39,011 nt of DNA from a virus (Duplodnaviria; Caudoviricetes). The notes below the pieces were generated by a model. It made no database searches. It saw only the letters and a list, made by a program, of their open reading frames with translations, and had not been told where the DNA came from. Position numbers and translations under genes: made by a program. Where the stretch lies: positions 1-39,011 of the IMG/VR virus record IMGVR_UViG_3300036859_000283. One strand, 5' to 3'. Below are positions 8,403-15,132 of this stretch, one piece after another. Position 1 is the stretch's first letter. Every line of letters starts with the position of its first letter.

Positions 8403-8600
8403 ATGGACACACGAGACGGAACGATCTACGACAGCCGCGAACTGGCAAAGGCAGCCGGAGTGCCTGACGAGGATTTGGTGACTGGCAGCCGTGAGGCGTT
8501 GGAGAAGCTTCGGAAGCGGCTCGTGTTCTCTGGCGGCTCTTTCAAGACCGTCGAGGAAGACGAGGCCAGAAAGCTACTGAAGTCAGAGGTAGGCAGGTGA
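8403..8600 (+). CDS. Hypothetical cargo protein
   Basis: GAGGTG RBS supplied by the tail of element A. Confidence 0.7.
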   Translation: MDTRDGTIYDSRELAKAAGVPDEDLVTGSREALEKLRKRLVFSGGSFKTVEEDEARKLLKSEVGR

Positions 8601-8872
8601 CTCACCTGGAAATCGGAACCATTCTCAGCCATCGCACCAAAGAGGGGATGATCGAATTGGTGCTCAACGGCGAGAAGACGCAGATGGACATCCCGAAGGC
8701 GAAGGAAGTGCTCGGGATGCTCAGCGGCGCGATCGAGGCGGCCGTGTCTGACACGCTGATCTATCGCTTCCTGACGTCCAAGGTGGGCCTGAGCGAAGAC
8801 AAGGCCGCGGCTGCGCTTATGGACTTTCGAGAACTGCGCCAGGGCTCTCGCGAGACGGTGTATCCGAACTGA
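8597..8872 (+). CDS. Hypothetical cargo protein
   Basis: GTGA overlap and GAGG RBS. Confidence 0.7.
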   Translation: MTHLEIGTILSHRTKEGMIELVLNGEKTQMDIPKAKEVLGMLSGAIEAAVSDTLIYRFLTSKVGLSEDKAAAALMDFRELRQGSRETVYPN

Positions 8873-8880
8873 GGTGAGGC

Positions 8881-9135
8881 ATGGAAACAGACTGTTACAT
8901 GGAGTCCAGGCCAACGTTCTGGCAGCGCACGAAGTGGGGGATCTGGAAGGCGCCGCATCGCCCGCTGATCACGAACGACCCGCGCACGTACGTTACGGTG
9001 GAAATGCACACAGCGATCGGGTGGCGAGATCGCATCGGCGTGCTGCTGTTAGGGCGCATACGAAGCACGGTGCTGGTCTACACCGACGTGGAAGTAAAGC
9101 AGGCCGAGAGTCGTGCCGTCACGTGGGTTGAATAG
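8881..9135 (+). CDS. Hypothetical cargo protein
   Basis: GAGGTGAGG RBS. Confidence 0.65.
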   Translation: METDCYMESRPTFWQRTKWGIWKAPHRPLITNDPRTYVTVEMHTAIGWRDRIGVLLLGRIRSTVLVYTDVEVKQAESRAVTWVE

Positions 9136-9156
9136 CGAATCAACTCATTGCTCTAC

Positions 9157-9200
9157 GCGGTAGCTTGTTCTAAACGCTTCACGGCTGTCGGTGGTCGCGA
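9157..9200 (-). repeat. Bipartite dispersed element, copy B (degenerate)
   Basis: Minus strand reads TCGCGACC...GCTACCGC-N7-AATGAGTTG; followed by a pyrimidine tract on the + strand. Confidence 0.55.
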
Positions 9201-9231
9201 CTGATTCTGATCTTTTTCTGAGGCTGTTCTG

Positions 9232-9531
9232 ATGTCTGATGCTGTGCCCTCTCCGGCGGGCGAGGCCCGGAGGACGCTGAGAGACTACTGCGAGCATTTG
9301 GCCGAGTGCGGGATCTGGAAGTGTGCCGTCACGTTCGGCGCCGAGCGTTGCAACGGGCGACAGTTCGATGAGTTCCACTACGCGGGCGCGGCTGACAGCC
9401 ACTCGTTCGTCGCCGGTGTTTGCACCTGTGGCCTGGATGCTCTCTTAGCCGCCGATCCCCTCCCAGCCGAGGACGGGACAGAGAAAGAACGTCATGCGCG
9501 CGTGGACGGCAAAGCTGATGCCCGCCCATAG
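9232..9531 (+). CDS. Cys/His-rich hypothetical protein; C-terminus derived from element C
   Basis: YCEHLAEC...CTCGLDALLA, a pattern common in phage accessory proteins. Confidence 0.7.
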   Translation: MSDAVPSPAGEARRTLRDYCEHLAECGIWKCAVTFGAERCNGRQFDEFHYAGAADSHSFVAGVCTCGLDALLAADPLPAEDGTEKERHARVDGKADARP

Positions 9532-9540
9532 CCCTACCGC
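9495..9540 (+). repeat. Bipartite dispersed element, copy C
   Basis: GCGCGCGTGGAC-N26-CTACCGC. Confidence 0.85.
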
Positions 9541-9580
9541 GGCCAGCGTCTGGGCGCTATCAGCAGATGAAGAGCGCGAC

Positions 9581-9925
9581 GTGATGGCGTTCGATCCGTG
9601 GGGTGAGCGAGATGCGACCTACCGCACCCTACGAAGTTCGTTCGTAGTAGTCCGGTCGGCGCATCAGTGCGCCATTTGTTTTGGTCCCATCGCGACAGGC
9701 GAGCGGGTGTGGTCGAAGTCTGAAGTTGACGATGGCAAGGCCAAGACATTCCGGTTCTGCGCTGAGTGCTGCTGGTGCATTGCGCATCGTTATGACGAAA
9801 ACGAGGACGACCCGCACTTCGGGTTTATGCGCATGGAAGAACGCTGGGAAATAGGCTCCGGGCGGGCGCGCGAAGAACAACAGTCGTCCGCCGCGGTAGG
9901 GCAACGTGGGAGTCACACTGATTGA
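9581..9925 (+). CDS. Zinc-finger-like cargo protein (start uncertain)
   Basis: HQCAIC...I..GE...FCAECC; its stop TGA lies within element D. Confidence 0.7.
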   Translation: MMAFDPWGERDATYRTLRSSFVVVRSAHQCAICFGPIATGERVWSKSEVDDGKAKTFRFCAECCWCIAHRYDENEDDPHFGFMRMEERWEIGSGRAREEQQSSAAVGQRGSHTD

Positions 9926-9941
9926 CCACGCGCGCCAAGTC
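9893..9941 (-). repeat. Bipartite dispersed element, copy D
   Basis: Minus strand GCGCGTGGTC-N24-CTACCGC; 22/24 match to copy A over the distal 24 nt. Confidence 0.88.
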
Positions 9942-9983
9942 TTTATATTTCTTGTATTTACCGAGGACGGGAAGGACCAGTAG

Positions 9984-10490
9984 ATGAGCGAGCGATTGCT
10001 GTCGAAGCTGTTCCGCCACGAAGAAATCAACGGCGCGAACCGGTGCCCGACCTACCTGCATCGTTGGGCGCTGTTCCAGCCGCGGCGGCCCAAGTGGCTC
10101 TGGCGAGGGTTTGGGATCTACCTGCACAAGTTCGTCGGCGACGACTGGAGCCGCGATCTGCACGATCATCCGAAGCGATTCATCAGCATCGGGCTCAAGG
10201 GTTCCTATCGGGAATGGACGTTCAACGAGCGGGCGGCGACGTGTCCGTGTCCGGAAGAGCACGAACACATCATGGCGACGGACTATCACGCGCCGTGGGT
10301 GCGGACATTCCCCGCAAGTCACATTCACCGGATCGTGTTGGTGGACGACAGGCAGCCGTGCTGGACGCTCGTCATCGTGCTCTGGCACGTCCGCGAGTGG
10401 GGCTTTTGGCATCGCGGCAGCTTCATGCCCTGGCGTGGCTACGTGGCCCAAGGTAATGCTATCGCCGACGAACGAAAGGCGTGCCCATGA
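9984..10490 (+). CDS. Cupin-like conserved phage protein
   Basis: YLHKF...D..RDLHDHP..FIS..L.G.Y.E...H.HRI.L...WTLV...R.WGFW. Confidence 0.7.
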   Translation: MSERLLSKLFRHEEINGANRCPTYLHRWALFQPRRPKWLWRGFGIYLHKFVGDDWSRDLHDHPKRFISIGLKGSYREWTFNERAATCPCPEEHEHIMATDYHAPWVRTFPASHIHRIVLVDDRQPCWTLVIVLWHVREWGFWHRGSFMPWRGYVAQGNAIADERKACP

Positions 10491-12319
10491 CGATGTTTAA
10501 CCCCTCCCCCGGTGCCGCGCCGTCCCCAGCCAGGAAGAAGCTGATCGAGGACATTCTGTGGCTGGAAAGCTTCTACACCTACGCGAACACAGAGCAGCCG
10601 AGCCTGGCCAACAGCGAGGAATGGCAAACGGTCAAGGAGGCGGCGCTCGCGGCACCTTCGAAGATTGATACGCCAGCCGGTGAAGCGACCAATCATGAGT
10701 TGGCGGCGTTGCTACGTAAGTGGTGCAAGCCGTATCCGTCCGGCGAGTGCTGTATGTGCCAGTCGCCACCTGAAGAATATTGCGACGAAGAATGCAAGGT
10801 GCCGGCGCTGATGTTGATGGCGAACAGGCTCGAACAGGCAGCGCTCGCGGCGTCCCCTGTCTCCCATGTTCAAGCCGAGACACGCGAAGAGTTACTCGAT
10901 CAACTCGGTCCAGTCGCGCCAGTCGCGGAAGAGTTGATGCGCCGCATGGCGGTCTCCCCGGCTGATCCCGCGCCCGTGGCGTGGTGTGCTTTTGCGCATG
11001 CGAATGCTGGCCAGACCTGCCGCGAGCTCAGGCCGGGCGATTCGGCGAGTTGGTGTCACGGCTGCGATCCCGCCATCCAGAGAGAGCAGTATTTGGCAAT
11101 CAATAAGTGCCCGAACCACGGCTTCTACTCGATCACTGTTGAAGACGACGACACAGGGACGCGCGTCACGCCCTCTAAGTGCTGCGGACGCTGGGACACC
11201 GTTAAGCGTTGGAAAGTGTCACAGTGCGATCTCGCATCCCTCCTCGCCGCTCAGTCACAGCCCGCGCCCGTGGCGTCCCCATCGGTGAGAGAGCAGCTAA
11301 CCTTCGAGGCATTCAGCGCGGCCAATCTGGAGCGGTGTGAGAGTCCTGAAGGGTTCGCCCACGACCTTCACGCGTGGTCAGCGTCCGACTGGATGACGGC
11401 CCTGGTCGGTGAGGTTGGGGAGGCAGCGAACATCATCAAGAAGCTGAATCGCTATCGTGACGGCGCACGCGGGAACAATGAGTCCGAGGATGCGCTGCGC
11501 GTGAAGCTCCGCAAGGAATTGGGCGACGTGTTCGTCTATCTCGACCTGATTTGCATATCACAAGGCTTCACAGTGCGCGATGCTGCGGTCGAAGTATTCA
11601 ACGACAAGTCGCGGCAAATTGGCTACCCAGTTCTGCTCGCCGCTCAGCCACTCCCCGGAGGCGTCAAGCCCCCAGTCCAGGACGAACAGGAAAAGCACGA
11701 TACGCGCGTGGACAGTTTGAGCTTCGCCAACTCACCGCTCGCAACGACCGCAGGGTCGAACGAGGTGCCTCCGTCGCCTGCTCATACACGTCTCATGGTG
11801 CCGCCCATCAATGGCGAGTTCGTCAACGCGAAGGCCGCGCACTGGACTATGGTGAGCGTCTACAGCCGCGAGATGGACCTGATCGGGCGACGCGATTTCG
11901 CTGTGCATGTCGAAACAGAGGAACCGCGTAACGAAGCCCAAGAGCGCGTCGTTCGCCGCGGCAATCGCTACTACCCGACAACGGTGACGATAGATGTTGG
12001 TGATGCCGACGTGTGGATGCATCCGGCCGAAGCACGCGAACTAGCCGCGTATCTTATTGAGGCGGCAGATGTGGCCGACGCCTGCGATTTACCAGACGGC
12101 GACAAATGCGGGCACTGGGCACCCTGCGACTGCGAGCAGGCTGTCGCGAAGGACAGCGCGGGCTCGTTACTGGACTCGCATCCCAACGATGGCCGCGTGG
12201 AAAACAAGAACGACTCTCTTGATCAGGCCCGAGCCGACGCCTACTCCCAGGGCGGCACCGACCTCGCGCGAGGCGTGAAACCAGCGGCGGCCACGGAGCG
12301 GAAGGAGCCGACGCCATGA
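10487..12319 (+). CDS. Mosaic multi-module accessory protein containing a MazG-like nucleotide pyrophosphohydrolase domain
   Basis: MazG-type LVGEVGEAANIIKK...LRKELGDVFVYL at ~11290-11635; other Cys-rich modules joined by AALAA/PAPVA linkers. Confidence 0.75.
   Translation: MTMFNPSPGAAPSPARKKLIEDILWLESFYTYANTEQPSLANSEEWQTVKEAALAAPSKIDTPAGEATNHELAALLRKWCKPYPSGECCMCQSPPEEYCDEECKVPALMLMANRLEQAALAASPVSHVQAETREELLDQLGPVAPVAEELMRRMAVSPADPAPVAWCAFAHANAGQTCRELRPGDSASWCHGCDPAIQREQYLAINKCPNHGFYSITVEDDDTGTRVTPSKCCGRWDTVKRWKVSQCDLASLLAAQSQPAPVASPSVREQLTFEAFSAANLERCESPEGFAHDLHAWSASDWMTALVGEVGEAANIIKKLNRYRDGARGNNESEDALRVKLRKELGDVFVYLDLICISQGFTVRDAAVEVFNDKSRQIGYPVLLAAQPLPGGVKPPVQDEQEKHDTRVDSLSFANSPLATTAGSNEVPPSPAHTRLMVPPINGEFVNAKAAHWTMVSVYSREMDLIGRRDFAVHVETEEPRNEAQERVVRRGNRYYPTTVTIDVGDADVWMHPAEARELAAYLIEAADVADACDLPDGDKCGHWAPCDCEQAVAKDSAGSLLDSHPNDGRVENKNDSLDQARADAYSQGGTDLARGVKPAAATERKEPTP
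11701..11751 (+). repeat. Bipartite dispersed element, copy E (read through in frame)
   Basis: TACGCGCGTGGAC-N31-CGACCGC followed by AACGAGGTG, as in copy A. Confidence 0.75.
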
Positions 12320-12543
12320 GCACAGAGCAAGACGGAGAGTGCCCGCGTTGCTGGCTGCCCAACGGGCACGCTGGGTCGTGTGACCACCCAATCCAGAGGG
12401 ATTGGGCTCCACATGTCGTGAGGGTGATCGGTGGCTTACTGCTCCTCTATGTCGTGAGCAGGCCCGAGGCGGAATGGCGCGCGTTCGCCATGGGGGCGGC
12501 CGGCGTGTGGATACTACGGATACTGATGCCGAGGTGGTTCTGA
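12316..12543 (+). CDS. Small membrane protein
   Basis: AAGGAG RBS; CxxC...H...C, then two hydrophobic segments. Confidence 0.65.
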   Translation: MSTEQDGECPRCWLPNGHAGSCDHPIQRDWAPHVVRVIGGLLLLYVVSRPEAEWRAFAMGAAGVWILRILMPRWF

Positions 12544-12935
12544 TGGTGCCTGATGTGTCCCCCGCCTCCGTAGAGCGGCTGATCGAAGAACTGAAGCGGT
12601 ATCACCACGTCTCAGATGACTGCTGGTATTCCTGTCCGCTCAGCGACGAAGGCTGCTGTAACCACGATGAGACTGGCTGCACCTGTGGAGCCACTACCCA
12701 TAACGAGCAAGTTGATGCGGCTCTAGAAGCCGTGCGCGCCCTCCTCGCCGAGCGAGACGCATGGAAAGACCAAGCCGAGGACGATCAAGCGGACGCACGA
12801 CGTGACCGCGAGTTGCGGCAGCACGCCCAAGCCGAGCGAGACGCCGCCGTAGCGCTCTTGCGCAATGTGAACCCGAACAGCTACCCGGTAATCGCGGCGT
12901 GGCTGGCTGCCCGCGACGCGAAGGAGCAGGGATGA
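12543..12935 (+). CDS. Cys-rich hypothetical protein with coiled coil
   Basis: TGATG coupling, GAGG RBS; DCWYSCP...CC...CTCG. Confidence 0.7.
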   Translation: MVPDVSPASVERLIEELKRYHHVSDDCWYSCPLSDEGCCNHDETGCTCGATTHNEQVDAALEAVRALLAERDAWKDQAEDDQADARRDRELRQHAQAERDAAVALLRNVNPNSYPVIAAWLAARDAKEQG

Positions 12936-13207
12936 GCATGTTCGTCGCTGGCTTGTCCGGGTTTCTCGGCGGTGTGACGCTCATGACCTACGCCGCTGCG
13001 CGTGTTTACGAAGGCGCGGACCGTCCGTTCGTGGCGGTGGGCTTCACCTTCGCGTTCCTCATTGTTGGCGGCTTCCAGGCTTATTATATCCGCCAGGGCG
13101 AGCGCCGAGACGAACGCCGCGAGATCGAACGCGAGTATGAACGGTTGTTGGAGGCACGACGAGCCGACGACGCGGTAGCTCGCTCCGTTGGAGGCAGCAC
13201 GACATGA
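12932..13207 (+). CDS. Two-TM membrane protein
   Basis: AAGGAG RBS; two hydrophobic helices; stop TGA within element F. Confidence 0.7.
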   Translation: MSMFVAGLSGFLGGVTLMTYAAARVYEGADRPFVAVGFTFAFLIVGGFQAYYIRQGERRDERREIEREYERLLEARRADDAVARSVGGSTT

Positions 13208-13223
13208 CCACGCGCGCGAAGTC
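13172..13223 (-). repeat. Bipartite dispersed element, copy F
   Basis: Minus strand GCGCGTGGTC-N27-CTACCGC; TGACCACGCGCGC(G/C)AAGTC is 18/19 identical to copy D. Confidence 0.88.
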
Positions 13224-13271
13224 GTGCTCTGTCTGTTCTTTGACGTTCTCCACCCCAGGGAGGTCCACCCC

Positions 13272-13466
13272 ATGAGCCGTACGCCGCACGGCTCCGAGAA
13301 GGTGCAATGCCCCTCCTGTGGGGCCTGGCACACGTTGGTCATGGACTCTCGAGGGCCACTTCGCCTCCGCATGTGCGACTGTGGCAAACGCCTCCTAACC
13401 CGCGAAGTGCTCGAGGACGCGGATTATCCGAAGCACACGATCACCGCCGCCACGATCACGAAATAA
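13272..13466 (+). CDS. Zinc-ribbon protein (NrdR-N/Ogr-like), possible late regulator
   Basis: CPSCG...VMDSR...R.R.C.CGKR..TRE; GGAGG RBS; last gene before the packaging module. Confidence 0.65.
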   Translation: MSRTPHGSEKVQCPSCGAWHTLVMDSRGPLRLRMCDCGKRLLTREVLEDADYPKHTITAATITK

Positions 13467-13567
13467 TTACGAACCGCCCAAGCTCTTGGGCGCGACTCAG
13501 CTACTGCCACTTCAGAATGTGTACCTAGGCGTGTTCTCACAGGACGCGCCGGAGGTGTCGCGCCCAT

Positions 13568-13792
13568 TTGAAGCTTACGGTGCCTGCGCTGTCGTCCGTG
13601 CTTCCGATTGAGCTCCCACGCGATCAGCACTGTGACGTCATTCTCGACAGCGAGGGCCGATTCCTCAGGCTCGTCGAGACGATGCCGCCGCAAATCAACT
13701 TCGAACGCTTCCCAGCGCCTACCCGAGCGATCGAGGCGCAATGGCGCGCTGAGGAATGGGCTGAAGCGCAGGCTAAGTGGTGGAAATCGTGA
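13568..13792 (+). CDS. Hypothetical protein
   Basis: TTG start after GGAGG; GTGA overlap with the next gene. Confidence 0.5.
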   Translation: MKLTVPALSSVLPIELPRDQHCDVILDSEGRFLRLVETMPPQINFERFPAPTRAIEAQWRAEEWAEAQAKWWKS

Positions 13793-14277
13793 GCGACACC
13801 GCCCTCGCCGAGCGCCCCACAGACACACCCGAAGTCGAAACACGCAGTTCACGTGCGGACGGCAAAGGCCGCAGGCTCACCCACCGCGAAGTCAGCACCA
13901 TCCTCCAACTCGCCGAGATCGGCAAGAACATCCCAGAGATCGCCCAAGTCGTAGATTGCTCAGTCTCTACCGTCCACAGCACGCTTGAGAAATACGCCGA
14001 CAACCGCTCTCTCGCACGCCGGAAACTTGAAGGCGGAGCGACCAAACTCGTCGATACCGTGCTGCAGACGAAAGACGCCGCGACGGCTCTGCGAGCCCTT
14101 GGAAAGCTGGATGTCGTTCGTGATGAACAAGATAGAGGCGGCACGAACATCGCGATTGTGATTGGGCAACCCGGGCAGGCGCTACAGCCACCGAGTATTC
14201 AGATAGCCTCTGGAACAGAAATCAGACCACTTTCGCCTACGAACATCAGTGACTTAGCCTGTGGAAAACATGGCTAA
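13789..14277 (+). CDS. HTH protein, probable terminase small subunit
   Basis: GKNIPEIAQVVDCSVSTV helix-turn-helix; helical body and beta-like tail (TNIAIVIG); upstream of the large terminase. Confidence 0.6.
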   Translation: MSDTALAERPTDTPEVETRSSRADGKGRRLTHREVSTILQLAEIGKNIPEIAQVVDCSVSTVHSTLEKYADNRSLARRKLEGGATKLVDTVLQTKDAATALRALGKLDVVRDEQDRGGTNIAIVIGQPGQALQPPSIQIASGTEIRPLSPTNISDLACGKHG

Positions 14278-14546
14278 CGTCGAGATGTGGGTCGCATAGT
14301 AATGGATTACGTTAACCGCGAAAAGGCCAATGAAAATGGGGGAGCTGCACCGTGTGGAGACACGCCAGGCCCCCGTCAAGCCGGCGCGGCAACGGTGCGG
14401 GAGGCTCCAGCCCTACCCCTGCCTGTGCGCCCTAGTCGTGAAGACCAGTTTGCGGTGATGGTTGTTATGGAGCATGGCTTCGCGGATGGCACATTGGAGA
14501 AATCCTTAGGACAAATGACACCTATCCAGCGCACGGCTGAGCTGTG

Positions 14547-14813
14547 ATGTCTCGATTCTGGCCATTTGGTCGTGCGAAGGCGGTAGAGGCGCCCGTTGAG
14601 TCGGCGCGGGACACGGCGGAGGTTCCAGCCCTGGCGGTGTGGGACGGCGCGGTGACGTGGACCTCGGTCCCGCCGGCTGAGCCCGAGCCGCGTCGGTACT
14701 GCGAGGTGACGCGGGTGAAGGGCGTGGGTGAGTTTCATGCGGTGTGCGACGTGGGGTTGAAGAAAGCGCCGGAGGGTGGCGTGGTGATCCGGACGGGGCA
14801 CTGGGTTGTTTAG
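14547..14813 (+). CDS. Hypothetical protein
   Basis: ORF in the G-rich block, overlapping the next start. Confidence 0.5.
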   Translation: MSRFWPFGRAKAVEAPVESARDTAEVPALAVWDGAVTWTSVPPAEPEPRRYCEVTRVKGVGEFHAVCDVGLKKAPEGGVVIRTGHWVV

Positions 14814-15132
14814 TACGCCGTATGGGTTGCGGGTCGCGCAGGGGACGAGTGGGGCGGGTGCGGCGGTGACGGTGACGGTGAGTGGGGTCACGGGGCAGAC
14901 GCACTACCTGCATGGGGTGCAGTGGTCGTATTCGGCGGCGCCGACGGGCGGGCGCTTGACGTCGGTGGGGCTGGTGGGGGACGACCTGGACGTGGACGTG
15001 ACGGCGGCGGGACCGGACGCGGTGGAGTGCTTTGGGGTGCCTGGGGCGTCGGGGGGATCGGTGGCGGTGACCTTGGCGGCGCCTGGGGGCGCGGTGGTGG
15101 GGAAGGTGACCGTGGTGTATCGGACGATCTGA
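14806..15132 (+). CDS. Small Gly/Val/Thr-rich beta-sandwich protein, possibly virion-associated
   Basis: Alternating beta pattern; TGATG coupling to the terminase. Confidence 0.6.
   Translation: MFSTPYGLRVAQGTSGAGAAVTVTVSGVTGQTHYLHGVQWSYSAAPTGGRLTSVGLVGDDLDVDVTAAGPDAVECFGVPGASGGSVAVTLAAPGGAVVGKVTVVYRTI

Larger units (their letters stand above)
9479..9960. mobile_element. Putative non-autonomous cassette insertion bounded by elements C and D, with a 12-bp direct repeat
   Basis: CCGAGGACGGGA at 9467-9478 and 9961-9972; inverted elements inside; one cargo gene. Confidence 0.75.

Noticed and set aside
8336-13223. Interpreting the dispersed elements as a CRISPR array or integron attC sites
   Set aside because: Copies are hundreds of bases apart, alternate in orientation, and lack regular spacers, cas genes, attC RYYYAAC/GTTRRRY ends and an intI gene.
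14287-14547. ORF between the putative terS and the G-rich block
   Set aside because: Weak RBS and atypical composition; may be non-coding packaging-site DNA.
14922-15131. N-terminal 70-aa extension of the terminase in the ORF track
   Set aside because: Overlaps the 14806-15132 gene; TGATG coupling supports a start at 15132.
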